A stretch of 64,000 bases of DNA from an uncultured virus (IMG/VR IMGVR_UViG_3300032038_000017) (taxonomy: Duplodnaviria > Heunggongvirae > Uroviricota > Caudoviricetes), in the IMG/VR virus record IMGVR_UViG_3300032038_000017, one strand, 5' to 3'. Position 1 is the first letter of the stretch, and every line of letters starts with the position of its first letter. Shown one piece after another: positions 9,631 to 19,602 of this stretch. The notes below the pieces were generated by a model, which saw only the letters and a program-made list of their open reading frames with translations, was not told where the DNA came from and did not search any database. A program made the translations under genes and the position numbers.

Positions 9631-9869
9631 AGCCAACTGATTTCCTTATTTGTTACTTCTGTACCGTCTGCGTGAAAGATACGAACGGATTCACAAAAAT
9701 TAAAGTCAAGGCAATGGCATGCTTGTTCTGCAAGCATCTCCAATGCTTTCATTTCATCCATTCCCCATTCTTCAATGTATAGTTCACGGACTACTTCTTT
9801 GATACAATTCTTTCTCAAGTCATAGAACTTGAAAATGTATTTCGGTCTTTGTTTCTTATTTGTACCCAT
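9627..9869 (-). CDS. hypothetical protein
   Basis: ORF directly after element. Confidence 0.75.
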   Translation of the reverse strand: MGTNKKQRPKYIFKFYDLRKNCIKEVVRELYIEEWGMDEMKALEMLAEQACHCLDFNFCESVRIFHADGTEVTNKEISWL

Positions 9870-9914
9870 AGCAAGATTATTATAACCTTGCCGGATATTT
9901 ACCCTGTGAGAAAA

Positions 9915-10481
9915 TTATTTTGTAACTTGGAACAATTCATAGCACCAAACAAAATTGATACTATCATCTTCGTCATAAATGTATTCATACTGTGGCTTTT
10001 TGACACCAATGTACTCGCCCCACTTGTGCCATCGCCAACCACCGTCTTTCGGTTGCCATTTCTTTGCGATAGGTCGCAAGGCAATTACACAATCGCCCAA
10101 ATCAATCTTGTACTTCTTTTCCAACTTCTTGAAGTGCTTAATGACTTGGCTTGCGTTATCTGATACACCATAACCAATAAAAGGTCTGTCAAAACTCCAT
10201 TCCAAAGAGGTTATCTTTTCATTCAAGAAGTCTTCGTACAAGTCTAATTGGTCACACCAATAAACACCATCAAAGTTTTTCAATGTGTCCTTAATGTCTG
10301 ACAGAATGTTTTTATTTGTTTCGTCTGTTATGACAGATTCGTATGTCGGTAGAATGTCGTCAATAGACTTTATGTACTTTGATTCATCAAAATACTGTGG
10401 ACACTCTTCGATACAACGCTTTATGTTATTGTTGTAATCTTCAATGTTCTTATCTGTCATTGTTAATTTTACTAGATTCAT
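9915..10481 (-). CDS. phage hypothetical protein with GGWRWHKWGEYIG motif
   Basis: ORF directly after element; motif recalled from uncharacterised phage proteins. Confidence 0.85.
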   Translation of the reverse strand: MNLVKLTMTDKNIEDYNNNIKRCIEECPQYFDESKYIKSIDDILPTYESVITDETNKNILSDIKDTLKNFDGVYWCDQLDLYEDFLNEKITSLEWSFDRPFIGYGVSDNASQVIKHFKKLEKKYKIDLGDCVIALRPIAKKWQPKDGGWRWHKWGEYIGVKKPQYEYIYDEDDSINFVWCYELFQVTK

Positions 10482-10599
10482 ACACGAACTATTATAACCT
10501 TGCCAGAAAACTACCCTGGATAAAAAAGAAAAGGCACAGTGCCGTTGAGTCCACTGTACCTTCCGAAAACAATTGTTTCCTTACCATCTTTATTGTGTT

Positions 10600-10674
10600 T
10601 GGGACATCTTGGATTTGAACCAAGGACCAAAGGATTATGAGACCTCTGCTCTTGTACCACTGAGCTAATATCCC
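10600..10674 (-). tRNA. tRNA with CAT anticodon (Met or Ile2)
   Basis: GGGATAT/ATGTCCC acceptor, TAGCTCAGTGGT D arm, loop CT-CAT-AA, GGTTCAAATCC T arm; no encoded CCA. Confidence 0.9.
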
Positions 10675-10961
10675 AAAAAGATTTTCGCAACCGTTGCAAA
10701 GTGGCTTACTGTTAGATTGTCTTTGCAAGGTTACTTGTGGAACTAGGCTTTAAGACTATGTGTTTTGCCTAACCACCATAGAACCGTTCCCAACTTTCTT
10801 GTGTTTAAGAATTGTTGTCACTAAAAGTTTTCCGTCTGCCGAATTAGCACCGCCACGGATTTATAGACTGATACTGCTAGGTTTTCTTCCCTTCCTAAAA
10901 GGCGCGTTACAGTATCCTAGAAAACTTTAGACAGTCCAAACACCTGAACTGTTAACGATAG

Positions 10962-11034
10962 TTCGGAAGGTAGGATTCGAACCTACGGAATAACGGCACC
11001 AAAAACCGTTGGCTTACCACTTGCCGACTTCCGA
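10962..11034 (-). tRNA. tRNA-Gln(TTG)
   Basis: TCGGAAG/CTTCCGA acceptor, ACGGT/GCCGT anticodon stem with TT-TTG-GT loop, GTAGGTTCGAATCCTAC T arm; element copy at 11048-11074 directly upstream. Confidence 0.9.
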
Positions 11035-11088
11035 ATGTATTTATTATATTATAACCATACAAGGTGATTACCCTGTAAAGGATGGTTT

Positions 11089-11303
11089 AGGTAGGGACAG
11101 AAAGACGGCAACGCTTGCCATTAGCCACCCCTACCTTTGTGTGAAGTTCTTTTTGCCACTCCATCCGACTAGAAAAACTTCAGAAACTAATCGAACTTCA
11201 CAGTAGCAGCAAATCCCTCAATGGGACTGAACGATACGCTAAAAGCGTCTTAGACCAAATGGATAGAAGTGCCGTCTAAACATCTAGTTTAGCGTATCAT
11301 TCA
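11089..11303 (-). ncRNA. Candidate structured ncRNA (three hairpins)
   Basis: Stems 11089-96/11129-36, 11140-49/11193-202, 11228-43/11288-303; no ORF with RBS; degenerate element copy upstream. Confidence 0.45.
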
Positions 11304-11371
11304 ATACCACTGAATGATTATTTTATATTAACTATAAAGGTCTTTACCCTTATGTCTTTTATATTATAACC

Positions 11372-11524
11372 TTACTGGTTTACTACCCTGCCAATTTCAA
11401 CAGTGCGTTTTCCATCAAACAATACAAAATCTGATTTTGGATTATGTCGCATAATCTTTCTGATAAGGCTTTGAAACTGTCTGAATGTTCCGACCTTAGT
11501 TGTAGTTATAGTATTAAATTCCAT
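11372..11524 (-). CDS. 50-aa hypothetical protein
   Basis: AAGGA RBS before MEFNT; ends inside element. Confidence 0.6.
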   Translation of the reverse strand: MEFNTITTTKVGTFRQFQSLIRKIMRHNPKSDFVLFDGKRTVEIGRVVNQ

Positions 11525-11540
11525 TTTTGCGTCCTTAATA

Positions 11541-11726
11541 AAGAAACAATAAAGCAAGGAACTTCATTTCGCCAATTAAGTTCATAGCCGGCATCTTAAT
11601 CGGTTACTTTACTTGGTGAGTCCAACCGAACGACCACTTCAGTTCTTCCAACGGTTTCAAGCCGTATCGTCTGCCTTGCTAGTCTTGCAGAGGTGGACTC
11701 TAAGTTCCTTCCTTTATTGTTTCCTT
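11541..11726 (-). ncRNA. Candidate about 185-nt structured RNA closed by an about 24-bp stem
   Basis: 11541-11564 pairs with 11702-11726; internal GAGTCCA/TGGACTC stem; element copy at 11738-11764. Confidence 0.5.
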
Positions 11727-11842
11727 ATGCAGATTATATTATAACCTATAAAATGTTTACCCTGCTGGACTGTGCCAATCCTACTAAACAAAAAACCCTA
11801 GCGTTTGACTGCTAGGGTAAGAATACAGAGGGGGATTCCGTA

Positions 11843-12319
11843 TTACTTGTATTTTGTCTTTACCGTCTTGAAATAAGAAGTTTTTGCGTTACTGAACTGA
11901 CTGATTTTATACTCGCCTTTTGCGTTCTTTTTTACGCTTACATACTGCTCGGTTTCTACATAGTCGCCAACTTCCCAAGTCTTTTTGACACCCTCACATT
12001 CAATCCTTGCACCATACTGACCTAATACAATAGGGTTTTCATTATCACCAATGGCACGGATAGAAAGCACATACTTTTCTGTTTTTATGTACTTGTCTGT
12101 GTCAATCTTGTCAAGTGTGTCTGTTGCTACATCTGCAACCACCAAGCCGACAATGCCACCCGTAAACAAGCCTACAAGGTTTGCACTGTCTTTGTCTACG
12201 ATAGACGCACTTTCAATGGACTTTACTTCGTAAGTCAATTTAGCGTTCTGTGTTTCCCAATGTTCACAAGAAGTAAGCATTGCAACAATAGTCGAAATAA
12301 TTAAAATAATCTTCTTCAT
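11843..12319 (-). CDS. putative lipoprotein
   Basis: MKKIILIISTIVAMLTSC lipobox; glycine-zipper-like GLFTGGIVG segment. Confidence 0.75.
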   Translation of the reverse strand: MKKIILIISTIVAMLTSCEHWETQNAKLTYEVKSIESASIVDKDSANLVGLFTGGIVGLVVADVATDTLDKIDTDKYIKTEKYVLSIRAIGDNENPIVLGQYGARIECEGVKKTWEVGDYVETEQYVSVKKNAKGEYKISQFSNAKTSYFKTVKTKYK

Positions 12320-12386
12320 AACTTTTCCTAAATTATAACCTTGCCCCGTAATTACCCTGGCAACCATTGAGTCGTCTGTTTATCAG

Positions 12387-12734
12387 TTACTTCTGCCTTA
12401 CTATTCGCCACTTTCTTCCTACCTTTTCAAAGTTACCTTTACTGAACGACAGTTCAAGTAATTGGTTTGCATAGCGTGGCATCAGTCGCTTTACCAATGC
12501 CATCTGCTTTTCTGACAGAAAGCCCTTTGTGTGATACTGTTCGGCAAAACTTGAAAGTATGCCACTGTCAACCCCACTGAAACCCATTCCGTTATATTCA
12601 ATGGTGTGACCGTCACATTGTTCTTCGTCTGTCTGATATGAATACACGGTCATTAAAGCGTGTATTGCTTTATTGTCATTTGTGGCAATCTGCTTTTTAA
12701 GCATTTCTTTAAGTTCTGCTTTTGTGTATTCCAT
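12387..12734 (-). CDS. phage hypothetical protein
   Basis: ORF directly after element, no SD. Confidence 0.85.
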   Translation of the reverse strand: MEYTKAELKEMLKKQIATNDNKAIHALMTVYSYQTDEEQCDGHTIEYNGMGFSGVDSGILSSFAEQYHTKGFLSEKQMALVKRLMPRYANQLLELSFSKGNFEKVGRKWRIVRQK

Positions 12735-13228
12735 ACTGATTATATTATAACCTTATGGTTTGTTTACCCTGCATAGGGATTGTCACCAAGTTTCTTTTTA
12801 TGAATCACCTTGACATTCTTGAATGTTTCAAACTTTGGAGGATTCGATTTCCATTCCTTCTGAAGTTCTGTCAAGCCTTTTGGCTCGTCAAATTCAATGT
12901 CTATCACATACATTGTAGGGCTTGTAGGTAAGCGACCTTTATAGACCCTTACGCTTTTGCAAAAGAACTGTGGGTCTCTACCTATCGGTGTAGGTGGGTT
13001 TATTACTTCGCCACCTCAAGTTGTCTGTGGAAGTATTTCATACCTTCGGTATTTTACGATAGGACTGTAATAAGCAATCGTGTCCTCGTCTCTTGTTATG
13101 TAAAAATTAGCCATAGTTATCACCCCTATCTGCAATAACTATTATAACCTTATGTATAATTTACCCTGCAAATTGCAACAGAGCAAGTAAAGCCTAGCAG
13201 TGAAATGCTAGGCTAATTTCGTTTTTGT

Positions 13229-13786
13229 TTAGATTACGATAGAATAGTCCATCATACAACAGTTTGTCTGTTTTGAACGATAAAGGTCTGATTTGCTTTC
13301 TACCTTGCCGCCGATAGAATCAATGTACTTTACAAATTCTCCGTGGCTTGGAAAGCCCTTCCAATACTCGCCATTACGATGAACGACAATGCTTGACTCA
13401 CCATCCCACCACATAGCAACGAATTTCTGTGCTTTTGGTGTTGGCTTGCGTTTATACAAGGTCTGACGGATTTTTGCCTTATCAGAACCAATGTAGATGC
13501 CGAGGTCGTCTGCAATACATTCTGCAATCAAGTGACCACGAGTTTTCATGTTGTCTGAAACCAAGGTATAACCACTTACGCCCCAGTCCCAACTGTAACT
13601 GTTGTTCTTTTCGCCATGCCAAACCGTGCAAGTATGGTCTGAGCCTTTTGTAAGACGGAACATAGTTTCATCACCATTGAAACAACCGAGTGCAATCAAG
13701 TTTGTAAACTGATTCTTTTTTACCTTCAAGATTACACATTCTTCATTGTTTTCTGAAATAGTAACCAACTGTGAAAGTTTCTTCAT
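13229..13786 (-). CDS. hypothetical protein
   Basis: element and AGGGGG RBS. Confidence 0.85.
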   Translation of the reverse strand: MKKLSQLVTISENNEECVILKVKKNQFTNLIALGCFNGDETMFRLTKGSDHTCTVWHGEKNNSYSWDWGVSGYTLVSDNMKTRGHLIAECIADDLGIYIGSDKAKIRQTLYKRKPTPKAQKFVAMWWDGESSIVVHRNGEYWKGFPSHGEFVKYIDSIGGKVESKSDLYRSKQTNCCMMDYSIVI

Positions 13787-14024
13787 AGTGTTAAGCCCCC
13801 TTATACACAAGATAGATTATAACCCTGAGCAGTTCTTACCCTGGAAGGAAACTAGCATTTACACTCGATGTCAAAATCCGAAAATACTATTTTCAGACCA
13901 TTAGCACCCCAAGCGTTATAATAACCTTTACTGTTAAACGAAGTGATTTTTACTACTCGTGTAGTGTAGCCTTCCATAAGACGCACTGTATCACCAAGTT
14001 TGTATTTTTTGCAGAATCTGTTGT

Positions 14025-14231
14025 TTAGCATTTTCGTTTCCTTATTAAGTTCAAAAATTTTGTCAAGGTCTTGTAGGAAGTGTCAACCGTGTTTGTCTTT
14101 GGAATAACGACTCCAATGTTGTTGACAAACACTTTGATAGATTTATCAGTATTCTGAACTTCCGTGATGTCTTCACTTTTCAATAAGACCTTACACACCG
14201 CATTGAACTGACTGATTTCCCTATTGTTCAT
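14025..14231 (-). CDS. hypothetical protein
   Basis: element and RBS. Confidence 0.7.
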   Translation of the reverse strand: MNNREISQFNAVCKVLLKSEDITEVQNTDKSIKVFVNNIGVVIPKTNTVDTSYKTLTKFLNLIRKRKC

Positions 14232-14307
14232 ACTTTCCCACCCCTATAACATAGTATAATTTATAACCCTTCCAGTAGTCTACCCTGTAAGAATTATTGA
14301 CCAAACA

Positions 14308-14330
14308 TAAAGGCGACCGAAGTCGCCTAA
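14308..14330 (-). terminator. Intrinsic terminator
   Basis: AGGCGAC-CGAA-GTCGCCT hairpin with T-run on minus strand. Confidence 0.75.
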
Positions 14331-14337
14331 GAACCAC

Positions 14338-14802
14338 CTAATCAGACAATTTGCTTTTCAAATCGCTTATACGCTTGTAAAAGCCACTTGTATGTGGACT
14401 AGCACCAAGTTTCAAGTATGTCATATCGTAGTGGTGAATGTATTCGTGCAACAAGACATCTGTAAGTGTTTTAATGGCAACTGTTTTTTTCTGAATTGCC
14501 GTTTTATTGTAAAGCGTGATAACCATAGACATAGTTCTGTAGTTACCGAGTTCCTTGCTTTTAAGCGAACCCCTTGCATTAGTTGCGTGAGGTTGAGCCT
14601 TATCAGTTACAATCACTTTGCAAGAAGGCATCCCAAACTTTTCATTCAGATAATCACACAACGCTTGTGCATTTTTCTGTCGGTCTGTTGTGGTGTCTTT
14701 GCTTGCAAGCATTTTTGCAAATTCTTTTTTACTGAACTTGTTTAATGCAACGGTTTCGATTCTGTTTGACCTTTCGTAGTCTTTTGTTTCAAGTCTATTC
14801 AT
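14338..14802 (-). CDS. SprT-like / zincin metalloprotease
   Basis: LLHEYIHH (HExxH) plus downstream HTSGF. Confidence 0.75.
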   Translation of the reverse strand: MNRLETKDYERSNRIETVALNKFSKKEFAKMLASKDTTTDRQKNAQALCDYLNEKFGMPSCKVIVTDKAQPHATNARGSLKSKELGNYRTMSMVITLYNKTAIQKKTVAIKTLTDVLLHEYIHHYDMTYLKLGASPHTSGFYKRISDLKSKLSD

Positions 14803-14929
14803 AGCATTTAGCCCCCTTGCTATACCTAATAGATTATAACCCTATAGCTAATTTACCCTGTTAAAACTGAAGCAACGAAAAGCAACCGATTTTTAGTCGG
14901 TTGCCTAACGAGGAAGGTTAGTATGAACT

Positions 14930-15265
14930 TTAATACTTAATGTCGTCTATCTTTTCGCCACAACCCCATTTTTTTGTTTTTGAATTGTAGCGAAGGATTC
15001 CAAGTTCATTCATTTTGGAAGTTACCCAACAGTTCTGACCACGAAAAGCCGTGTTCATAGATTCCATCTCACCCTTCCAATTTTTCTTACCATTGAATCG
15101 GTTGAGGTCTGAAATGTTCCAATAACCACTTTTTACAAACAAATCAATCCTACTGAATTCTTCTGTTCGATGTGCCTTTACAAAGTCGATTAACTTTGTG
15201 TACTTCGTCAACTGACCTAATTCGTTCTTAGGTCTTGTAAGCGTGTAAGAATTAAATACCCCCAT
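14930..15265 (-). CDS. hypothetical protein
   Basis: element and RBS. Confidence 0.8.
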   Translation of the reverse strand: MGVFNSYTLTRPKNELGQLTKYTKLIDFVKAHRTEEFSRIDLFVKSGYWNISDLNRFNGKKNWKGEMESMNTAFRGQNCWVTSKMNELGILRYNSKTKKWGCGEKIDDIKY

Positions 15266-15372
15266 AGCGTATCCCCTTATTATTTGTATTATTATAACCT
15301 TGTTTTATACTTACCCTGGCAAACATTTTAAAATACAAAAAGCGTGGGCATTGAATTACCCACGCTAGTTTT

Positions 15373-15552
15373 TTAGCCTTCGATGTACATAACCAAATCA
15401 ACACTATCTGCAAAGTTCTTTTCTTCAAGACTGCTCATAAGCGTGTCACGGTCTGATTCAGAAAGGCTTTCAATCTGCCTTACCAATCTACCGTAAAAGC
15501 CTTGACTCTTTGCCAAACTTCTGAAAGTGTCCATAATCTGATTTCTATCCAT
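15373..15552 (-). CDS. 59-aa hypothetical protein (not in ORF track)
   Basis: element, AGGGGG, MDRNQIMDTFRSLAKSQGFYGRL... Confidence 0.75.
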   Translation of the reverse strand: MDRNQIMDTFRSLAKSQGFYGRLVRQIESLSESDRDTLMSSLEEKNFADSVDLVMYIEG

Positions 15553-15671
15553 AGTATGTGTCCCCCTTAGACATCTATAAGATTATAACCCTAGACAGTG
15601 TTTACCCTGCGATAAATTTTTAAAATAAATTATCGGCAAGGCTTTTGTATTACCTTACCGATTTTCTGCTT

Positions 15672-16289
15672 TTATGCTACCATAGAAGAATCAAACATTC
15701 CGAATCTTTCATAGAAGTCCAACTGTCTTTTACCTTCGTCTGTAATGTGGTGTGTGGCATCGTGTCCAAGATTATCTCTTGTAATCCAACCAAGTGCATT
15801 GAAGTATTTGATAGGAAAACCAAGTCTCTGACCAAGTTCACAAGCCTTTACTTCGGTCTTTTTATAAACCAAGTTTTCAAGTTCGCTTTCGGTGTATGAC
15901 CCACTAGCGATAGCATTTAAGATAGCAAAGGCTCTTTTGCGTGTACGAATCCCATTCCAAGCCTCATTGCCTTCGATTTTTTCTGCATAAGACTTCAAAG
16001 CGTTTGAATAGTTTTCTTTTGCGTCTAAAAGTTCTGAAGCCCTTGCCTTGTATGACTGTGAATCGGCATCACAACGCTTTTTAGCGATTTCTGAATAAGC
16101 ACGGTTTTTGCGTTCGATTGACCAACTAGGGTCTACTGATGCAAGTGCTTTTTTGTATTCTTCCTTGTGGAGTTCTTTTTCCATTTTGATTTCTGATTCA
16201 ATCTTTGCGATTATGTCCGAAAGTTCTTTTCCTTTTGGTGTGTCGTTGAATGACTTGCCATAAGTTCCGATAATGTCTTTCTTTGCCAT
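15672..16289 (-). CDS. hypothetical protein, possible C-terminal winged helix
   Basis: coiled N-terminus; ends ...LGWI..HHITDEGK. Confidence 0.8.
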   Translation of the reverse strand: MAKKDIIGTYGKSFNDTPKGKELSDIIAKIESEIKMEKELHKEEYKKALASVDPSWSIERKNRAYSEIAKKRCDADSQSYKARASELLDAKENYSNALKSYAEKIEGNEAWNGIRTRKRAFAILNAIASGSYTESELENLVYKKTEVKACELGQRLGFPIKYFNALGWITRDNLGHDATHHITDEGKRQLDFYERFGMFDSSMVA

Positions 16290-16409
16290 AGTATTTATTC
16301 CCCCTTACTATTGCTTTATACCTTTATATTATTAACCATGTGAATAGTCTATCCTGCAAGAAACAATAAAAGCGTAAACTTTTTTACAGTCTACGCTTTT
16401 ACAAAATTC

Positions 16410-16691
16410 CTAGTTTGTTTCAAGCAGTTTGAGTGTTTCGTTTTCCAAGTCAATCCCAAGCCGTTCCATAGTGTCAAAGTCACAATGTCCGTCTACTACT
16501 ATTGACTTTTCAAATTCTTCGTAGTTCGGCTCAATGCCGTTTTTCCAACACCAACATTCATAATCACCCCAATCTGCAAAGTTCTGAATGTAATGTGTTT
16601 CCTTATCGTAACTAGGTGCAAATTCAGTTTCATTTGCGTAAACGCTACTGATTGCCACGATTGCGATAATTACAGATACCAATTTTTTCAT
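16410..16691 (-). CDS. secreted hypothetical protein
   Basis: MKKLVSVIIAIVAISSVYA signal peptide. Confidence 0.75.
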   Translation of the reverse strand: MKKLVSVIIAIVAISSVYANETEFAPSYDKETHYIQNFADWGDYECWCWKNGIEPNYEEFEKSIVVDGHCDFDTMERLGIDLENETLKLLETN

Positions 16692-16853
16692 TTTTGTTTC
16701 CTTATGTGGAAACATCCTTGTTTCGTTTTTAGTTTTACAATTCCGTTTGTACCTTTATTATTATAACCTTACGCATTATTTACCCTGCAAAGGTTTCCGA
16801 ACAAAATAAAACCCTAGCACTTTGCTAGGGTATTCCGTTTGACTTTTTACAGT

Positions 16854-17132
16854 TTAACGGATGTTTTCTTTTTTGAATGTACGGAAAGCAACTGACCAAT
16901 CTTCATTGAAGTTTGGAATAGGGTTTGCTTTTGACTTGCCGAATGTTACGACACCACTGATTTCGTGGTCTTTAAGGGCAGACTGTACTTTTTTCTGCTC
17001 ATCCTCAGACAAGTAAGAAAAGTCCAAGCCACGAAGATAGTCGCTAGACTCTGCCATAACGAATACAGTTCTTTTTGCAACTGTACCATCTGCCTTAGCG
17101 TAAGTGAATGAACGAACAACTGATTTTGCCAT
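16854..17132 (-). CDS. hypothetical protein, paralog of 28623..28889
   Basis: shared YAKADGTVAKRTVFVMAE and AFRTFKKENIR. Confidence 0.88.
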   Translation of the reverse strand: MAKSVVRSFTYAKADGTVAKRTVFVMAESSDYLRGLDFSYLSEDEQKKVQSALKDHEISGVVTFGKSKANPIPNFNEDWSVAFRTFKKENIR

Positions 17133-17230
17133 AATTAAATCCCCCTATGGTCTTTTATCTTTTTAAGGCTTTTTGCCTTACACCCTTATTATTATAACCT
17201 TATGATAATTCTATCCTGATAACTGTTTGT

Positions 17231-17257
17231 CAGGGTAAACATTTGATATGTTATAAG
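17231..17257 (+). promoter_or_regulatory. Inverted copy of the element, back-to-back with the copy at 17191-17218
   Basis: CAGGGTAAACATTTGATATGTTATAAG on + strand. Confidence 0.7.
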
Positions 17258-17408
17258 ATTGTGTCTGACTAATCAATCTTTTTGAAAATTACTTGACAAA
17301 AATAAAAGCGTGACCTAAAATAAAAGGTACACGCTTTATTTTATTTTAAATAAAAAACTCTAGAAAAATAAATAAAAAAGGCAAGGTTTTTAGCCTTGCC
17401 ATTTTCTT

Positions 17409-17657
17409 TTACAGAACTTCGATTCCGAATCGTTTTATTGGGTCTTTTTCAGTCGTAATACCAAAACTATTGTCTTGATTATACCAATAGTTGATAAAGC
17501 CAACCAAACCATTAAGGTCATTTGTAGTAACCGAAATGTGTCCGAAATCTTTTGGGTCATCTTTTATGTGGTATGAACCACCATTTTCTGCAAGTTTTTT
17601 TGCGTCTGCAAAGAAATCTTTTTCACTTTCTGTGAACCGACATTCAAACTTGAACAT
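17409..17657 (-). CDS. hypothetical protein
   Basis: element and RBS. Confidence 0.8.
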   Translation of the reverse strand: MFKFECRFTESEKDFFADAKKLAENGGSYHIKDDPKDFGHISVTTNDLNGLVGFINYWYNQDNSFGITTEKDPIKRFGIEVL

Positions 17658-17775
17658 ACATTGTCCCCCTTTATGTATTCAAGATTATAACCTTGCCAGT
17701 TCCTTACCCTGGAAACGAGAAAAGGCACGGACTTTTAATCTCGTGCCTAAAAGTGAAAATCTTAAAAGGGGGATT

Positions 17776-18003
17776 TTAAGATTCAAATTTTCTGTTAAGT
17801 TTATTGAACTTTTTGTAAATGTCGATTGCCAACTTTTCTGCGTCTTTGAACGAATCAGACTTTGACAATTTGCCGTTAAGACATTTCACGGCATACTTGC
17901 CGTCTTTTGTCTTTTCAATCATCGGCATGTGTTCGTGTGAAGTACATACAATGTACCACTTGCCGTTAATCTGTTCTTTGCCCCATTTGTAAGCCTTTGC
18001 CAT
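17776..18003 (-). CDS. hypothetical protein
   Basis: GAGG RBS before MAKAY. Confidence 0.75.
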   Translation of the reverse strand: MAKAYKWGKEQINGKWYIVCTSHEHMPMIEKTKDGKYAVKCLNGKLSKSDSFKDAEKLAIDIYKKFNKLNRKFES

Positions 18004-18072
18004 AGTTGTTTTACCTCTTGTTCCATTTATTATAACCACAAAGCATTTCTACCCTGTGGCTTTCCACATTTT

Positions 18073-18351
18073 CTACGCTACCTTCGCAAGTGCCATCATA
18101 GCGTGTGCAATCTTTTCTGCTTGTGGAACAAACACGCTATCAATCTGATTATCTGTCAAAGCGTCAAGAATGTTCTGACATTCACTGACAACCTTTTCCA
18201 TAGATTGATTTATTGCGTTATACTGAAAGTCGTTAAACTTCCCATTAAGGAAATCACCGAACGCTTGAATCTGTGTCAAAATGGCTCGGTCTTTCATTGC
18301 CTTGACATTTTCGATAATGTCTGAACTAATACAAACTTTTTCGTTAGCCAT
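18073..18351 (-). CDS. hypothetical protein
   Basis: element and RBS. Confidence 0.8.
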   Translation of the reverse strand: MANEKVCISSDIIENVKAMKDRAILTQIQAFGDFLNGKFNDFQYNAINQSMEKVVSECQNILDALTDNQIDSVFVPQAEKIAHAMMALAKVA

Positions 18352-18479
18352 AGGTCAAATCCCCTTATACCCAAAAGATTATAACCATATGACAATGCTA
18401 CCCTGATAGGTAAAACTTTTTAGGATTTAGCAACTGTCACTTTTTTTATTTAGACAGTTAGTAAACCCTAAACTGAAAG

Positions 18480-18875
18480 TTAGCACGAAAGTGTATTATG
18501 AATACCGTCTGTGTATGGTACAAGATTTGCGTCAATTTCCATTTCTTCTGACACTTCCAAGTCAAATGTACCACCACACTTTTCTGCAACTTCTTCGCAA
18601 ATTCTTTTCAAGTCTGCACAATCATAAGTATCGCTTGTATGACAACCACAACTGTGAAGAATAGTACGGAAGTCCATTGGGTGCAAGTAGATAGAACCTT
18701 GAACACCTACCAAGTATTCTGTGTCATCAAGTCTTGCGTGATGCCAAAAAACACTTTTAATTTCGTTCCAAGCGTTATGCCAAGCATTAGCCGTTTCTAA
18801 ATCACGATAGCCTTTACCCCAAAAGTAAATGTTGTTGAATGTCCCTCTTACAACTACTAATTTTTCCTTTAACAT
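18480..18875 (-). CDS. hypothetical protein
   Basis: element and RBS. Confidence 0.85.
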   Translation of the reverse strand: MLKEKLVVVRGTFNNIYFWGKGYRDLETANAWHNAWNEIKSVFWHHARLDDTEYLVGVQGSIYLHPMDFRTILHSCGCHTSDTYDCADLKRICEEVAEKCGGTFDLEVSEEMEIDANLVPYTDGIHNTLSC

Positions 18876-18988
18876 AGTTGAATCCCCCTTATACTGATTA
18901 CATTATAACCTTGCCAGAACTTACCCTGGACAAACAAAAACGGCTTACAACTTAATGCAAGCCATTTCGGATTTTTTAGGTTTATGGT

Positions 18989-19483
18989 TTAGTAACCGAT
19001 GCCCCACCAAACATTATTACCCCAACTTCGCAAGTCACCTTCAAACTCATTGATTTCGGTATCATAGGCATAATGATTTTTGCCTTCAAACTTCCAATCG
19101 TGTTCGTGGTGCTTTCGGTATTCGTGGTATTTTCCGTTAGTCCAAGCCTTCAAGTCATACTGAATGAATGGCTCGCCCTCGTAAACACCGATTGATTTTT
19201 CCAACTGACCCTCGTGCTTACAAGCCATAATAGTCAATTCAGAAATGCCATAAGCGTAATTGCCTTTGTGGTTTCTGTCTGCAACCTTGTCAAGTTTATC
19301 TTTGTCATTCAGAACAACCTTAAAGATTGCCGAACAAACTCCGTCTGTGTCAACGCTTTCAAGTTTTACAGTGCCGACTGACTTGAAAACTGAATTGATT
19401 GTTTTCTCAAGTGCTTTCAACTCTGTGTCATCAAAAGCCATAAACTTCTTGCCAACGAACTTTCCAAACTTTGCCATAATCAA
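18989..19483 (-). CDS. hypothetical protein
   Basis: element and RBS. Confidence 0.85.
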   Translation of the reverse strand: MIMAKFGKFVGKKFMAFDDTELKALEKTINSVFKSVGTVKLESVDTDGVCSAIFKVVLNDKDKLDKVADRNHKGNYAYGISELTIMACKHEGQLEKSIGVYEGEPFIQYDLKAWTNGKYHEYRKHHEHDWKFEGKNHYAYDTEINEFEGDLRSWGNNVWWGIGY

Positions 19484-19602
19484 AATCCCCCTTGATTTCG
19501 TTTATACCTTATACATTATAACCTTATGGGATGTTTACCCCGTGAACAAACAATTAGAGCCTTGCATTTTATCTGCAAGGCTTATTCATTTTTCAGATTG
19601 TT

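Noticed and set aside
10492..10728. ORFs over 10492-10728 and 11009-11206
   Set aside because: They overlap tRNA genes or structured non-coding sequence.
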